This document shows, in pieces, positions 19,187 through 28,195 of a stretch of DNA of 51,616 bases. The stretch covers positions 1 to 51,616 of the forward strand of contig PUOQ01000084.1 in NCBI GenBank assembly GCA_003552785.1, read 5' to 3'. Every line of letters starts with the position of its first letter. The stretch's first letter is position 1. This DNA comes from Dehalococcoidia bacterium. GTDB lineage: Bacteria > Chloroflexota > Dehalococcoidia > Dehalococcoidales > CSSed11-197. The notes beneath the pieces were generated by a model. That model was given only the letters and a program-made list of their open reading frames with translations, ran no database searches and had not been told where the DNA came from. Both the position numbers and the translations under genes were made by a program.

Positions 19187-20464
19187 ATGGCTTATGACTG
19201 GCATAAACCCTACCAGGAGCTAAAAAAGTATATTGAAAATAACCCCAAGATAGCAATCGAGAAAAATGCTGTATTTATACCTCAGGATGTCAGGGGTGAT
19301 TTTTATTCTCACTTTGACAAAGTGAGAGATACATTTCTTAAACAGCATTTCAGCCATGAAGTCACCATGGCTGAAGAACTGAAGGGGGAATTTATCAAGC
19401 TGGAAAAGCAGGTCACCTCCAGTTTAAACATTGCTGGAGAGGTGAAAATGGCACCGCCCTTGAGGCGTTTTCTCAACGACCCGGTCGACGGGCTAATGCG
19501 GCCATTGTTCAATCCTCTTTTTGACCTGCTGAAGGATAAAATTGATGAAGGTACATTCGAGGAAAATTGCCTGGCCGATATAAGGGCTTTTTTAAAAAAG
19601 CACCTCCGAACAGGTTACGAAAGATGGGCTGTGCTTTGCCTGCTTAAATGGCTGGAACCAACAAAAATGCTGACACTGCCCTTAAAAGATTTTGACCTGT
19701 ATTCATCATCAGGCGAAGGAGACAGCCAGTACGAACGTGTTGAAGTTCTTCCGGGTACCAGCGCCTTAAAAGAACTGCTGTTTGATTATTCAACCCACGT
19801 ATCTTTTGCTGTGCCCGACATTATCGTCTACTCTTCAAAGCTTAACAAATATACAGCTGTAAAAACAGGTTTTATCGAACCGAGGTGGAAGGCAAGATTT
19901 GTAAGTGAATACCGCGAGTGGTTGCCATTAAACCAGTTGACTCAGGTGTTTACACCGAACAACCCCTGGCCCAGCATACTTGTCTACATCGACGACCATG
20001 TTGAAAACATTAAGCTTACTGCCGACCGTTACCAGTTTTGCCAGCCAGACATGATTGTAAATACTCTGCCTGAAGACGACTGGTTTAACCCGGAGGAAAC
20101 AAAACGATTAAAAGCACATACAGAATTAATAAAACCGCTAATGGGAAATCTGATTGTATGCCGTGGTAATGTACCTGAAGAAGCTTCCAGGCTCCTTGCC
20201 GGGGAAAATACAACCGAAGAAAATGCATCTGAGCCGGGTAATCTTGAAGACGAGGGCCAAACAGGCCTGGACCAGGCTCAACCTGAAACAGGGGTTTATC
20301 ATGCAGGAAATGCAAGTCTGGATTCAACCCAAAAGGAACCAGCCGATAAAACTAAGACTGCAAAGGGCATGATGAAAATTATAAGTGCTGGTTATGATTA
20401 TTCCATATTTACCTCGGCCATTGAAAAACTTGTGCTGCCTGAAGATAATTCTCAGCCACAATAA
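19187..20464 (+). CDS. Hypothetical protein (425 aa), no family recognised
   Basis: A long ORF on the operon strand, with AGGAGG (19175-19180) 6 nt before the ATG at 19187. It has a helical N-terminal part, a beta-rich core and an acidic low-complexity region near the C-terminus. Confidence 0.6.
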   Translation: MAYDWHKPYQELKKYIENNPKIAIEKNAVFIPQDVRGDFYSHFDKVRDTFLKQHFSHEVTMAEELKGEFIKLEKQVTSSLNIAGEVKMAPPLRRFLNDPVDGLMRPLFNPLFDLLKDKIDEGTFEENCLADIRAFLKKHLRTGYERWAVLCLLKWLEPTKMLTLPLKDFDLYSSSGEGDSQYERVEVLPGTSALKELLFDYSTHVSFAVPDIIVYSSKLNKYTAVKTGFIEPRWKARFVSEYREWLPLNQLTQVFTPNNPWPSILVYIDDHVENIKLTADRYQFCQPDMIVNTLPEDDWFNPEETKRLKAHTELIKPLMGNLIVCRGNVPEEASRLLAGENTTEENASEPGNLEDEGQTGLDQAQPETGVYHAGNASLDSTQKEPADKTKTAKGMMKIISAGYDYSIFTSAIEKLVLPEDNSQPQ

Positions 20465-20474
20465 AAAGGGGAAA

Positions 20475-21233
20475 TCAGTAACCCAGACCGGGCTGATAAG
20501 GGCGCGGGGTAACCATCCAGCCTTTGTATATATATGTTTTAGAGTTGCCAGTGATAATTAAAGTATCTTTGGCAATTTTCTCCCGTGGCAGTTTTTCAAG
20601 TATGGTAATACGCAGGTCTTCATCCTTTTGTCCTGCATTGCCCACCAGTCCAACCGGAGTATCCGGTGGCCTGGATGACAAAAGTACATTACAAATTTCT
20701 ACCAGGCGTGAATTACCCAGTTTGCCCAGCGGGTTGTAAATAACCAGCACGAAATCAGCCCGGGAAACTGCCTTGACACGTCTTAAAGTATCCTGCCAGC
20801 GCCCGGCCTGATCTGCCAGACTGACTACAGCAAAATCATGTCCCAGTGGCGAACCCAGACGAGCAGCAGCACTGCTTGCAGTAGTTATTCCAGGTACAAT
20901 TTCCAGCGGGATGTTGAGGTCGTTCTCCTTTAAATAACTTAAAAAAGTGCTGGCAATAGCATAAATCCCGGGATCCCCGATTGCTATTACAGCTACTTTA
21001 AAACCTTTAATAGCGTAATCGACCGCCGAAGCCGACCGTTCTAAAGGGCTCATTGACCCTGAAATAACCTGCTTGCCAGTTAACCGGTTTTCTATTAAAC
21101 CAATGCTAAAATAATGGCCGATAACAACCTGGGCGTCGCTTATAGCTTCGACTGCCCGGGGTGTAAGGTCAAGAGGGTTGCCAGTACCAATGCCTATAAG
21201 GTAAACTTTACTCTCCATTGTTGTTGTAAGCAT
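20475..21233 (-). CDS. cbiH: Tetrapyrrole (corrin/porphyrin) methylase, CbiH/CobJ-like (precorrin-3B C17-methyltransferase type)
   Basis: 252 aa with VYLIGIGTGNPLDLTPRA, GDPGIYAIAS and VPGITTASSAAARLG. No SD is visible; the alternative start is MESKVY. Confidence 0.7.
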   Translation of the reverse strand: MLTTTMESKVYLIGIGTGNPLDLTPRAVEAISDAQVVIGHYFSIGLIENRLTGKQVISGSMSPLERSASAVDYAIKGFKVAVIAIGDPGIYAIASTFLSYLKENDLNIPLEIVPGITTASSAAARLGSPLGHDFAVVSLADQAGRWQDTLRRVKAVSRADFVLVIYNPLGKLGNSRLVEICNVLLSSRPPDTPVGLVGNAGQKDEDLRITILEKLPREKIAKDTLIITGNSKTYIYKGWMVTPRPYQPGLGY

Positions 21234-21326
21234 AATATCTGGAACTGTCCGGGGTCAAGATAGCAAAATTAATAAAGTAAACCAGACTTCGCTGATTGCT
21301 TTTCATTCTAATAACGTTGCCGTTCA

Positions 21327-21355
21327 TTGACCTTGATAATTCTTTATTCTATAAT
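21327..21355 (+). promoter_or_regulatory. Putative clpC promoter
   Basis: TTGACC (21327-21332), 17 nt, TATAAT (21350-21355), about 43 nt before the TTG start. Confidence 0.55.
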
Positions 21356-21398
21356 CATAAGTAAGAGTTGATAATTCTGACCGTTACAGGAGTTAATT

Positions 21399-23891
21399 TT
21401 GGCAAGCCGATTTGATAAATTTAGTGAACATGCCCGCAAAGTACTTACGCTGGCCCAGGAAGAGGCGCAGCGCTTTAACCACAGTTATATAGGCACCGAA
21501 CATATACTTTTGGGCCTGGTGCGTGAAGAGGAAGGTATTGCTGCCAAAGTCCTCAACGGTATGGGAGTAAGCCTTGCCAGAGTACGGCAGGCCGTTGAAT
21601 ACATTATAGGCACCGGAGAAAAGAAAACAACCGGAGCTTCCGGCCTCACTTCCAGAGCCAAAAAGATAATAGAGCTGGCAATTGATGAAGCCAGGCAGAT
21701 GGGCCATAGCTATATTGGCACTGAACACCTGCTACTGGGCATTATGCGCGAAGGAGAAGGTGTAGCTTCCAAGGTACTTCAAAGCCTGGACGTAAATCAA
21801 GAAAGAACCAGGGCTGAAATTGCCCGTGTACTTTCAACCAGCAGCTCCAAAAGCAAGGGTTCCCGCACCAGCCGGACTCCGACTCTGGACCAGGTAAGCC
21901 GGGACCTGACTGCAGCAGTTCGGGAAGGTAAATTAGACCCGGTTATCGGCCGGGACAGGGAGATTGAACGTGTTGTTCAGGTTTTAAGCCGGCGCACAAA
22001 AAACAACCCGGCGCTCATTGGAGAACCCGGAGTTGGTAAAACCGCAATTGTTGAAGGGCTTGCACACCGTGTTGTCTCTGGCGATGTCCCTGCCACCCTC
22101 GAAGAAAAACGCATTGTCGCCCTTGATATGGCTTCAGTTGTTGCCGGTACAAAGTACCGGGGCGAATTTGAGGAGCGCCTCAAGAAAATATTAGACGAGA
22201 TAAAAGCAGCCGGTGGCTGCATACTGTTCATTGACGAGTTCCACACCCTGGTAGGAGCGGGTGCTGCCGAAGGTGCAGTTGATGCTGCCAACATACTCAA
22301 GCCACCGCTAGCCAGAGGGGAGCTACAGTGCGTTGGAGCAACTACTCTTGATGATTATCGCAAATATGTAGAGCGTGATGCCGCCCTCGAAAGACGCTTT
22401 CAACCAGTGCTGGTCGAAGAGCCTTCTGCTGATGAAGCAATTGAAATATTAAGGGGTATCAAATCCCGGTATGAAGAACATCACCAGCTTGCAATCACCG
22501 ATGAAGCTATAAAATCGGCAGTTAACCTGGCTGCACGGTACATACCGGATCGCTATCTACCCGATAAAGCTATAGACGTTGTAGACGAAGCTGCATCCCG
22601 AGTCAGGATCAGGTATGGCACCCGTCCCAGCTCAATTAAAAAACTCAAGCAAATTGAAGATCGTTACCGCCAGGACAAAGAAGCAGCCCTGGCCAGCCAG
22701 CAATATGATGATGCAGCCGAGCTACGTCAGCAGGAGATCCAGATAAGCGAGCAGATTAAAACTGAAGAAGAAGAGTGGCTTTCCAAAATGGATCGGGAGG
22801 AAGTCAACGTAAAAGAAGACGATGTGGCTCAGGTTGTTAGCATGTGGACCGGTATACCACTGGTGCAAATCGCCAGTGATGAAACAGAGCGTTTACTCAA
22901 CATGGAAGAAGCACTGCATGAGCGAATTATTGGCCAGGAAGAAGCCATTAAAACCATCTCAAAAGCTGTGAGGCGTGCCCGGGCCGGTATTAAAGATCCT
23001 CGCCGTCCCATCGGCAACTTCCTTTTCCTGGGCCCGACCGGCGTAGGTAAAACCGAACTCGCCAAAACACTCGCAGAATTCATGTTCGGAAACGAAGATT
23101 CGCTTATACGCCTTGATATGAGTGAATTTATGGAGAAGTTTGCCGTTTCACGTCTGGTTGGAGCTCCACCTGGATATGTAGGTTTTGAAGAAGGTGGACA
23201 GCTTACTGAAGCTGTGAGACGGAAATCATACGCCTGTATCCTGCTTGATGAAATCGAGAAGGCGCATCCGGATGTGTTCAATATTCTCCTCCAGATTTTC
23301 GACGACGGGCACCTTACAGATGCCAAAGGCAGAAGAGTCGATTTCAGAAATTCAATTATAATCATGACTTCCAACATAGGCGCTGAACTGATCAGAAAAG
23401 GCACTCAAATAGGCTTTTCGTCCCACAGCGACGAGGCTAAAACGCAACAGCAAAATTATGAATGGATGAAAGAAAAATTACTGGGTGAAGTAAAAAAATC
23501 CTTCAAGCCTGAATTTGTCAACAGGCTGGATGGAACGATAGTATTCCACCCGCTAACACAAGAGCAAATACTGCAGATTGTTGATCTTGCACTGGGCAAT
23601 GTTAAAGAGCAACTGAAAGAAAAGAACATTGAACTGGAAGTAAGCAGTGAGGCCAAGAGCCACCTTGCCAAAAAAGGCTACGATGAAGTATTTGGAGCCA
23701 GGCCGCTTAAGAGGGCAATTCAGGACATGTTGGAAGATCCCATATCCGAAGGATTGCTCAAGGGCGATTACAAGGCAAAAGATAAAATAAAAGTTGACCT
23801 GGTTGATGACCAGATCAAAATAACAAGCACCAAAAAGAAGGAATCGGACGCCGAGGAAGAAAGCATCACCGCGCTTTCTGTTGACGCATAA
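21399..23891 (+). CDS. clpC: ATP-dependent Clp protease ATP-binding subunit ClpC
   Basis: 830 aa with two Clp_N repeats, two AAA+ modules ([18 protein letters not shown]) and a UVR-like linker. The start is TTG with an AGGAG RBS. Confidence 0.95.
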   Translation: MASRFDKFSEHARKVLTLAQEEAQRFNHSYIGTEHILLGLVREEEGIAAKVLNGMGVSLARVRQAVEYIIGTGEKKTTGASGLTSRAKKIIELAIDEARQMGHSYIGTEHLLLGIMREGEGVASKVLQSLDVNQERTRAEIARVLSTSSSKSKGSRTSRTPTLDQVSRDLTAAVREGKLDPVIGRDREIERVVQVLSRRTKNNPALIGEPGVGKTAIVEGLAHRVVSGDVPATLEEKRIVALDMASVVAGTKYRGEFEERLKKILDEIKAAGGCILFIDEFHTLVGAGAAEGAVDAANILKPPLARGELQCVGATTLDDYRKYVERDAALERRFQPVLVEEPSADEAIEILRGIKSRYEEHHQLAITDEAIKSAVNLAARYIPDRYLPDKAIDVVDEAASRVRIRYGTRPSSIKKLKQIEDRYRQDKEAALASQQYDDAAELRQQEIQISEQIKTEEEEWLSKMDREEVNVKEDDVAQVVSMWTGIPLVQIASDETERLLNMEEALHERIIGQEEAIKTISKAVRRARAGIKDPRRPIGNFLFLGPTGVGKTELAKTLAEFMFGNEDSLIRLDMSEFMEKFAVSRLVGAPPGYVGFEEGGQLTEAVRRKSYACILLDEIEKAHPDVFNILLQIFDDGHLTDAKGRRVDFRNSIIIMTSNIGAELIRKGTQIGFSSHSDEAKTQQQNYEWMKEKLLGEVKKSFKPEFVNRLDGTIVFHPLTQEQILQIVDLALGNVKEQLKEKNIELEVSSEAKSHLAKKGYDEVFGARPLKRAIQDMLEDPISEGLLKGDYKAKDKIKVDLVDDQIKITSTKKKESDAEEESITALSVDA

Positions 23892-23923
23892 TCAGTCCCG
23901 GCAGGCCGGTTACTACATAAGGG

Positions 23924-23970
23924 GAAGGGCGGTAAAGCAGAATTTTAGCTTGATGCCCTTCTTTTTTATT
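23924..23970 (+). terminator. Putative rho-independent terminator after clpC
   Basis: GAAGGGC (23924-23930) pairs with GCCCTTC (23955-23961), with an inner AAGC/GCTT stem, followed by TTTTTTATT. Confidence 0.5.
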
Positions 23971-23991
23971 AAGGAGTAGAGGAAAAATAAA

Positions 23992-24168
23992 GTGATAGAC
24001 TGGGATATAGCCTGGCAGATAACCGGAATAGCCTTCGGCTTTACTTTTCTCGTCCTGATTTTGCTGGCTTTGGTGGTAAAAGCTTCAAGCTTTATTATCC
24101 CTCGACTCCCCGGTGGTGATGAACCGGAGGAAAAAACTACCAATAATAATGCAGCATCAGGGGAATAA
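23992..24168 (+). CDS. oadG: Sodium-pump decarboxylase gamma subunit (OadG-like), 58 aa, not in the ORF track
   Basis: My translation from the GTG start is MIDWDIAWQITGIAFGFTFLVLILLALVVKASSFIIPRLPGGDEPEEKTTNNNAASGE. It has a single TM helix and a polar tail, and lies 3 nt upstream of oadB. Confidence 0.55.
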   Translation: MIDWDIAWQITGIAFGFTFLVLILLALVVKASSFIIPRLPGGDEPEEKTTNNNAASGE

Positions 24169-24171
24169 CAT

Positions 24172-25326
24172 TTGAACGAATTTTTGCAGGTTGGATTTCT
24201 TGACTTAAGCTGGACCAACGGGGTCATGATAGCCGTAGGCCTGGTATTTATCTGGCTTGCTATCACCAAAAAATGGGAACCCTATGCCCTGTTGCCTATA
24301 GGCACCGGGGTAATACTCGCCAACCTGCCCGGAACAGGTCTGCTAATTCAACCCCAGGATGCAGGAGATGAGCTGGGTTCAGCCGGGCTACTGGGTATTT
24401 TTATAGAATACGGGTTACTGAGGTACACTGTTTTACCCAAACTGATCTTTATAGGTTTGGGAGCCATGACAGACTTCAGTCCGCTAATAGCAAAGCCGCG
24501 GCTTGTTCTGCTGGGAGCTGCTGCTCAAATAGGAATTGTGATAGCTTTTCTGGGGGCATTATTGCTGGGACATTTCGGCATTGCAGACTTCGGCCTCAGG
24601 GAAGCAGCTTCCATCGCAATTATAGGGGGCGCCGACGGCCCTACTACCGTTTACCTCACATCAAGGCTGGCTCCAGAGCTTATGGGAGTAGCAGCCGTTG
24701 CAGCTTACTCCTACATGGCCATGGTTGCCATAATTCAACCACCCATAATCCGCGCCCTGACCAGCAAGAAAGAGCGTCAGATTTACATGGATACTCAAAT
24801 CAGACCGGTTTCAAAGCGCGAAAGAATCATGTTCCCGATTATTGCCACAATCGTAGTGGTACTGCTGGTACCAAAAAGTGCGCCTCTGGTCGGGATGTTT
24901 ATGTTTGGTAACCTCCTGCGTGAAAGCGGGGTAGTCGAAAGGCTCTCTGTATCTGCCCAGAACTCTTTAATAAACATAACAACCATTGTCCTGATGCTCT
25001 CCATCGGTGCATCCATGCCGGGCGAAGTAGTTATGCGCCCCGAAACCCTCATGGTGCTGGCACTGGGCCTGATAGCCTTTGCCGGTGGCACTGCAGGAGG
25101 CGTACTGATGGGCAAGCTTATGAAATTCATTTCCAAAGAACCTTTTAACCCGATAATAGGAGCTGCTGGCGTGTCCGCTGTCCCGATGGCGGCCCGGGTT
25201 GTCCAACAAGTAGGGCAAAAGGAAAACCCGCGTAATTTCCTGCTGATGTATGCCATGGGGCCCAATGTAGCCGGTGTCATCGGCTCTGCAGTAGTAGCCG
25301 GAGTTCTCATCAATATGCTGGGCTAA
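24172..25326 (+). CDS. oadB: Na+-translocating decarboxylase beta subunit (OadB/GcdB/MmdB family)
   Basis: 384 aa polytopic protein with LLPIGTGVILANLPG, IIGGADGPTTVY and IGAAGVSAVPMAARV, typical of the family. Confidence 0.88.
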   Translation: MNEFLQVGFLDLSWTNGVMIAVGLVFIWLAITKKWEPYALLPIGTGVILANLPGTGLLIQPQDAGDELGSAGLLGIFIEYGLLRYTVLPKLIFIGLGAMTDFSPLIAKPRLVLLGAAAQIGIVIAFLGALLLGHFGIADFGLREAASIAIIGGADGPTTVYLTSRLAPELMGVAAVAAYSYMAMVAIIQPPIIRALTSKKERQIYMDTQIRPVSKRERIMFPIIATIVVVLLVPKSAPLVGMFMFGNLLRESGVVERLSVSAQNSLINITTIVLMLSIGASMPGEVVMRPETLMVLALGLIAFAGGTAGGVLMGKLMKFISKEPFNPIIGAAGVSAVPMAARVVQQVGQKENPRNFLLMYAMGPNVAGVIGSAVVAGVLINMLG

Positions 25327-25542
25327 AAAACCAGCGGATTTAGCACTTCTAAATAGTTAAAAATAAATATTTTTTACAAAAATTTTTTTACAGATTTTTA
25401 CAGGCACAAGCCTTATTAACAGACTATGGACTTTGCCTTCTGAAAAGGGTTACAATTAAAACGTAAGCTTATCATCTGGTTGAAAGAAAAATTATGCAAA
25501 GCATTTTAAAGTAAAATTATTGAGTGCAAGGAGGGCAAGGAA

Positions 25543-25803
25543 ATGCAGTCGAGTGTAATCGGAAAAGTAGAAAAAGCCAGACTTTATGCCCGGGAACCGG
25601 AACGAATAAAGTTCCACAATTTAACAGTCACCGTCAAAGGCGATAATAATACACACTCTACCAGTTACAAAGAGGGTCAGTGGACTTGCAGCTGCCCTTT
25701 CTTTGAAAACAGGGGCTGGTGCTGCCACACTATGGCAGTACAAAAAGTGCTGGGTGTTATGTTGCCGGAAGAAGCCCGGGATGAAGAGTGCGAGCTATCC
25801 TAA
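25543..25803 (+). CDS. Small SWIM zinc-finger protein
   Basis: 86 aa with CSCPFFENRGWCCHTMAV (CxC-x9-CxH). AAGGAGG RBS is present. Confidence 0.7.
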   Translation: MQSSVIGKVEKARLYAREPERIKFHNLTVTVKGDNNTHSTSYKEGQWTCSCPFFENRGWCCHTMAVQKVLGVMLPEEARDEECELS

Positions 25804-27152
25804 GCACCCGTCTCCCGAGCAAAGTATCTTAAAGCGTCACCCGCAATAAATAGCGAGCCGGAAACTAGTATCAGGCCTGATTCCGGCGTATGGGACAGTG
25901 CTTCTTTAAGCGCCTGCGTCACGCTGTTTCTTATTATTACAGGCTTGCCGATTCGCTTAAACTCCGATGCTAAAGCATCAGTAGCCATGGCTCGGGGATG
26001 AGTTGATTGAGAAACAATTATCCTGTCAAAATAATCACCGAACACAGCGGCCATGCCCCCAACATCTTTATCTGAAGAAGCGCCAAAAATAAGTGTTTTG
26101 GCACCTGCATGGTCATATTGACGGGCTTTTAGAAAAAGGTTTAGTGACTCCAAAAGCACAGCAACCGATTCCGGATTGTGAGCCCCATCGACAATAACCA
26201 GGGGTTTTTCCCCGAGCACCTGAAACCTGCCAGGCCACTTTACCCTCTCCAGGCCTTCTATTATGTGCTGATGTGTGATATTAAAACCCCTGTCTTTGAG
26301 TCCTTCAAGTGAAGCAATGGCTGAAGCTGCATTTATTCCCTGGTAACTGCCCAGCAACGGCAATTTAAAGTTATATACGCCATAACTGCTTTTTATTTCA
26401 AGAACCTGGCTATCATGTTCAAGGCCAGAGTATTTTACATCCAATTCTTTTGCCACATCCATCACCCGAGCCCCAACCTGATGGCATCTCTGGATAATAA
26501 CCCCGGCTGCTTCCGGAGGCTGTGGAGCGCATACCACATATGACCCTTTTTTAATAATGCCGGCCTTTTCGGCTGCAATAAGGCCCAGGCTACCACCCAG
26601 TACATCAGTATGATCAAGGCCCACAGGCGTAATAACAGCAACCTCGGGCTGAACTACATTGGTGGCATCCAGCCTTCCCCCCAAACCGGTTTCGATAACG
26701 TTGAATTGCGCCTCTTTACGATCAAAATACAAAAATCCAAGAACGGTAAGGGCTTCAAAGGTGGTCAAGCGACCATATACTGCTTTCTCGTTTATGCCTG
26801 CTATTACTGGCCTTAGCTCATTTACCAGATAAACCAGTTCATCCGGGCTAATGCTTGTTCCGTCGATTGAAATGCGTTCGGTTAATTCAACAAGATGAGG
26901 TGAAGTATACAGACCTGTATTAAACCCGGCCCGGGTCAAAACGGATGCAATCATTGCCGCTGTGGAACCCTTGCCCTTTGTTCCGGCAATATGCACGCAT
27001 GGAATTCCAATTTGAGGGTTTCCGAACCTGCATAACAAATCATTCACGCGCCTCAGATCATAATGAAGTCCTGAACGCTGTTCAACCCTGGTTTCAAAAT
27101 CTAAAAGGCTGTAAAGGTAATCCAGCGCCTGCTGGTAACTGGGTTCAGTCAT
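25800..27152 (-). CDS. folC: Bifunctional folylpolyglutamate synthase / dihydrofolate synthase
   Basis: 450 aa with P-loop GTKGKGST and Mur-ligase family blocks (TSPHL, ETGLGGRLDATN, DGAHNP). Confidence 0.9.
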   Translation of the reverse strand: MTEPSYQQALDYLYSLLDFETRVEQRSGLHYDLRRVNDLLCRFGNPQIGIPCVHIAGTKGKGSTAAMIASVLTRAGFNTGLYTSPHLVELTERISIDGTSISPDELVYLVNELRPVIAGINEKAVYGRLTTFEALTVLGFLYFDRKEAQFNVIETGLGGRLDATNVVQPEVAVITPVGLDHTDVLGGSLGLIAAEKAGIIKKGSYVVCAPQPPEAAGVIIQRCHQVGARVMDVAKELDVKYSGLEHDSQVLEIKSSYGVYNFKLPLLGSYQGINAASAIASLEGLKDRGFNITHQHIIEGLERVKWPGRFQVLGEKPLVIVDGAHNPESVAVLLESLNLFLKARQYDHAGAKTLIFGASSDKDVGGMAAVFGDYFDRIIVSQSTHPRAMATDALASEFKRIGKPVIIRNSVTQALKEALSHTPESGLILVSGSLFIAGDALRYFARETGA

Positions 27153-27217
27153 CTGTTTTCCCGCTTAGTTATTTAACCGGCCTGTTTTACCGGCAAGCGC
27201 GCGACGGCACTTTCTTA

Positions 27218-27997
27218 CTATTCCGCACTGACACTTGAAAAGTCAGACAAATTAATATTGCCCAGAGTCGGGTCGCCCAAATATTTCAGATTTGAGGCGC
27301 CCGAAAGCCCTGCATCAAGCCTGCCTGAAATGTTAAGCCTGGCAGAAGAAGCCCCGTTTAAACCCACCGTAGCATCTTTTGCCGTTAGCTCGGAAAGATC
27401 GATGTTTGATGCGCCACTGCCATTGATATGAAGATTGCGGGCAACCCCGCTGAGATTGACCCGGCTGGCACCATATACCTCAAAATCCAAATCATTTGCC
27501 CGTATAACTCCGTTGATGTTGCTTGCCGTACCTGCCTCGAGCACGGCATCACCCATCTCAAGGCCGGATAGCTCGATAACACTGGCACCGGTTGCGGTGG
27601 CATTAAAGTCATGTTCAAAATTAAAGCCGGTAACTGTAACCTCTGAAGCACTGGTTGCATTGACTGAATGAATCTCGGGCATGACAACCCTGGCAACCAG
27701 GGCGGTTGGAAAATAGTTTTGACCGGGGCGCATGCCAATCTTCAAAACCCCGTTTGATTTAGCAACCCTTACATCATCGAAAAGGTTGTCATCAGCTGTA
27801 ATACTAACGCTAAATGAGCTGCCCTTTACTACTTCCACCTCAAAGGACTGTCCGGCTTCAATTTTCTTGAAGTCTTCAAATTCAAAACTGCGAGTAACAA
27901 TCGTACCCGATCCTCTTACTGCTTCCTGACAGCCAATAATACCAGAGCTAATTACAAGCACCATCAGGGCAGCCAATGCGCATATTTTTTTTGCCAA
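27218..27997 (-). CDS. DUF2807 / GIN-domain lipoprotein (adhesin-head-like beta-helix)
   Basis: 259 aa with a signal peptide and lipobox (IIGC), followed by repeated G(A/S)S-x-hydrophobic beta-helix rungs (GASVIELSG, GASRVNLSG, GASNIDLS, GASSARLNISG, GASNLKYLG). Confidence 0.65.
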   Translation of the reverse strand: MAKKICALAALMVLVISSGIIGCQEAVRGSGTIVTRSFEFEDFKKIEAGQSFEVEVVKGSSFSVSITADDNLFDDVRVAKSNGVLKIGMRPGQNYFPTALVARVVMPEIHSVNATSASEVTVTGFNFEHDFNATATGASVIELSGLEMGDAVLEAGTASNINGVIRANDLDFEVYGASRVNLSGVARNLHINGSGASNIDLSELTAKDATVGLNGASSARLNISGRLDAGLSGASNLKYLGDPTLGNINLSDFSSVSAE

Positions 27998-28142
27998 ATC
28001 AACGCCCCTCAGCTATCGGTTTCAATTCATATAATTAATGCACCTCAACCAAAGCTTTATCACTGAGGCGCACAATTATTATAAACCTTTGCGAGCCAAA
28101 ACTAAAGAGGGGCTGTAAATTCTTCGTTTTTTACCCTCCGGC

Positions 28143-28171
28143 TTGACTCACTCAAAACCGATTGCTAATAT
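28143..28171 (+). promoter_or_regulatory. Putative pyrF promoter
   Basis: TTGACT (28143-28148), 17 nt, TAATAT (28166-28171). Confidence 0.45.
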
Positions 28172-28195
28172 CATCTTAAAACATGAGGTTGGAAA

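Noticed and set aside
21320-21398. Possible CtsR operator in the clpC promoter (TTGACC / CTGACC heptads)
   Set aside because: Only partial matches to the GGTCAAA-NAN-GGTCAAA direct repeat are present, on mixed spacing. The TTGACC is better explained as the -35 box.
21234-21398. Cobalamin riboswitch upstream of the cbiH-like gene (minus strand)
   Set aside because: The region is too short, and no B12-box-like sequence is visible on the minus strand.
22829-23404. 191-aa antisense ORF inside clpC. Similar long antisense ORFs occur at 7103-7567 (leuS), 18312-18800 (xdhC), 24795-25313 (oadB), 35440-35877 (nfnB-like), 38769-39341 (trkA), 39723-40244 (trkH), 48577-49173 (folP) and 50635-51093 (tatB).
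   Set aside because: Each fully overlaps a confidently identified gene on the other strand. They have Ser/Pro/Arg/Ala-rich low-complexity composition typical of the reverse frames of real genes, and no RBS or recognisable motifs.
25337-25362. TTAGCACTT, resembling the left half of a CIRCE (HrcA) element
   Set aside because: The required inverted partner GAGTGCTAA 9 nt downstream is absent, and the site follows oadB rather than preceding a chaperone gene.
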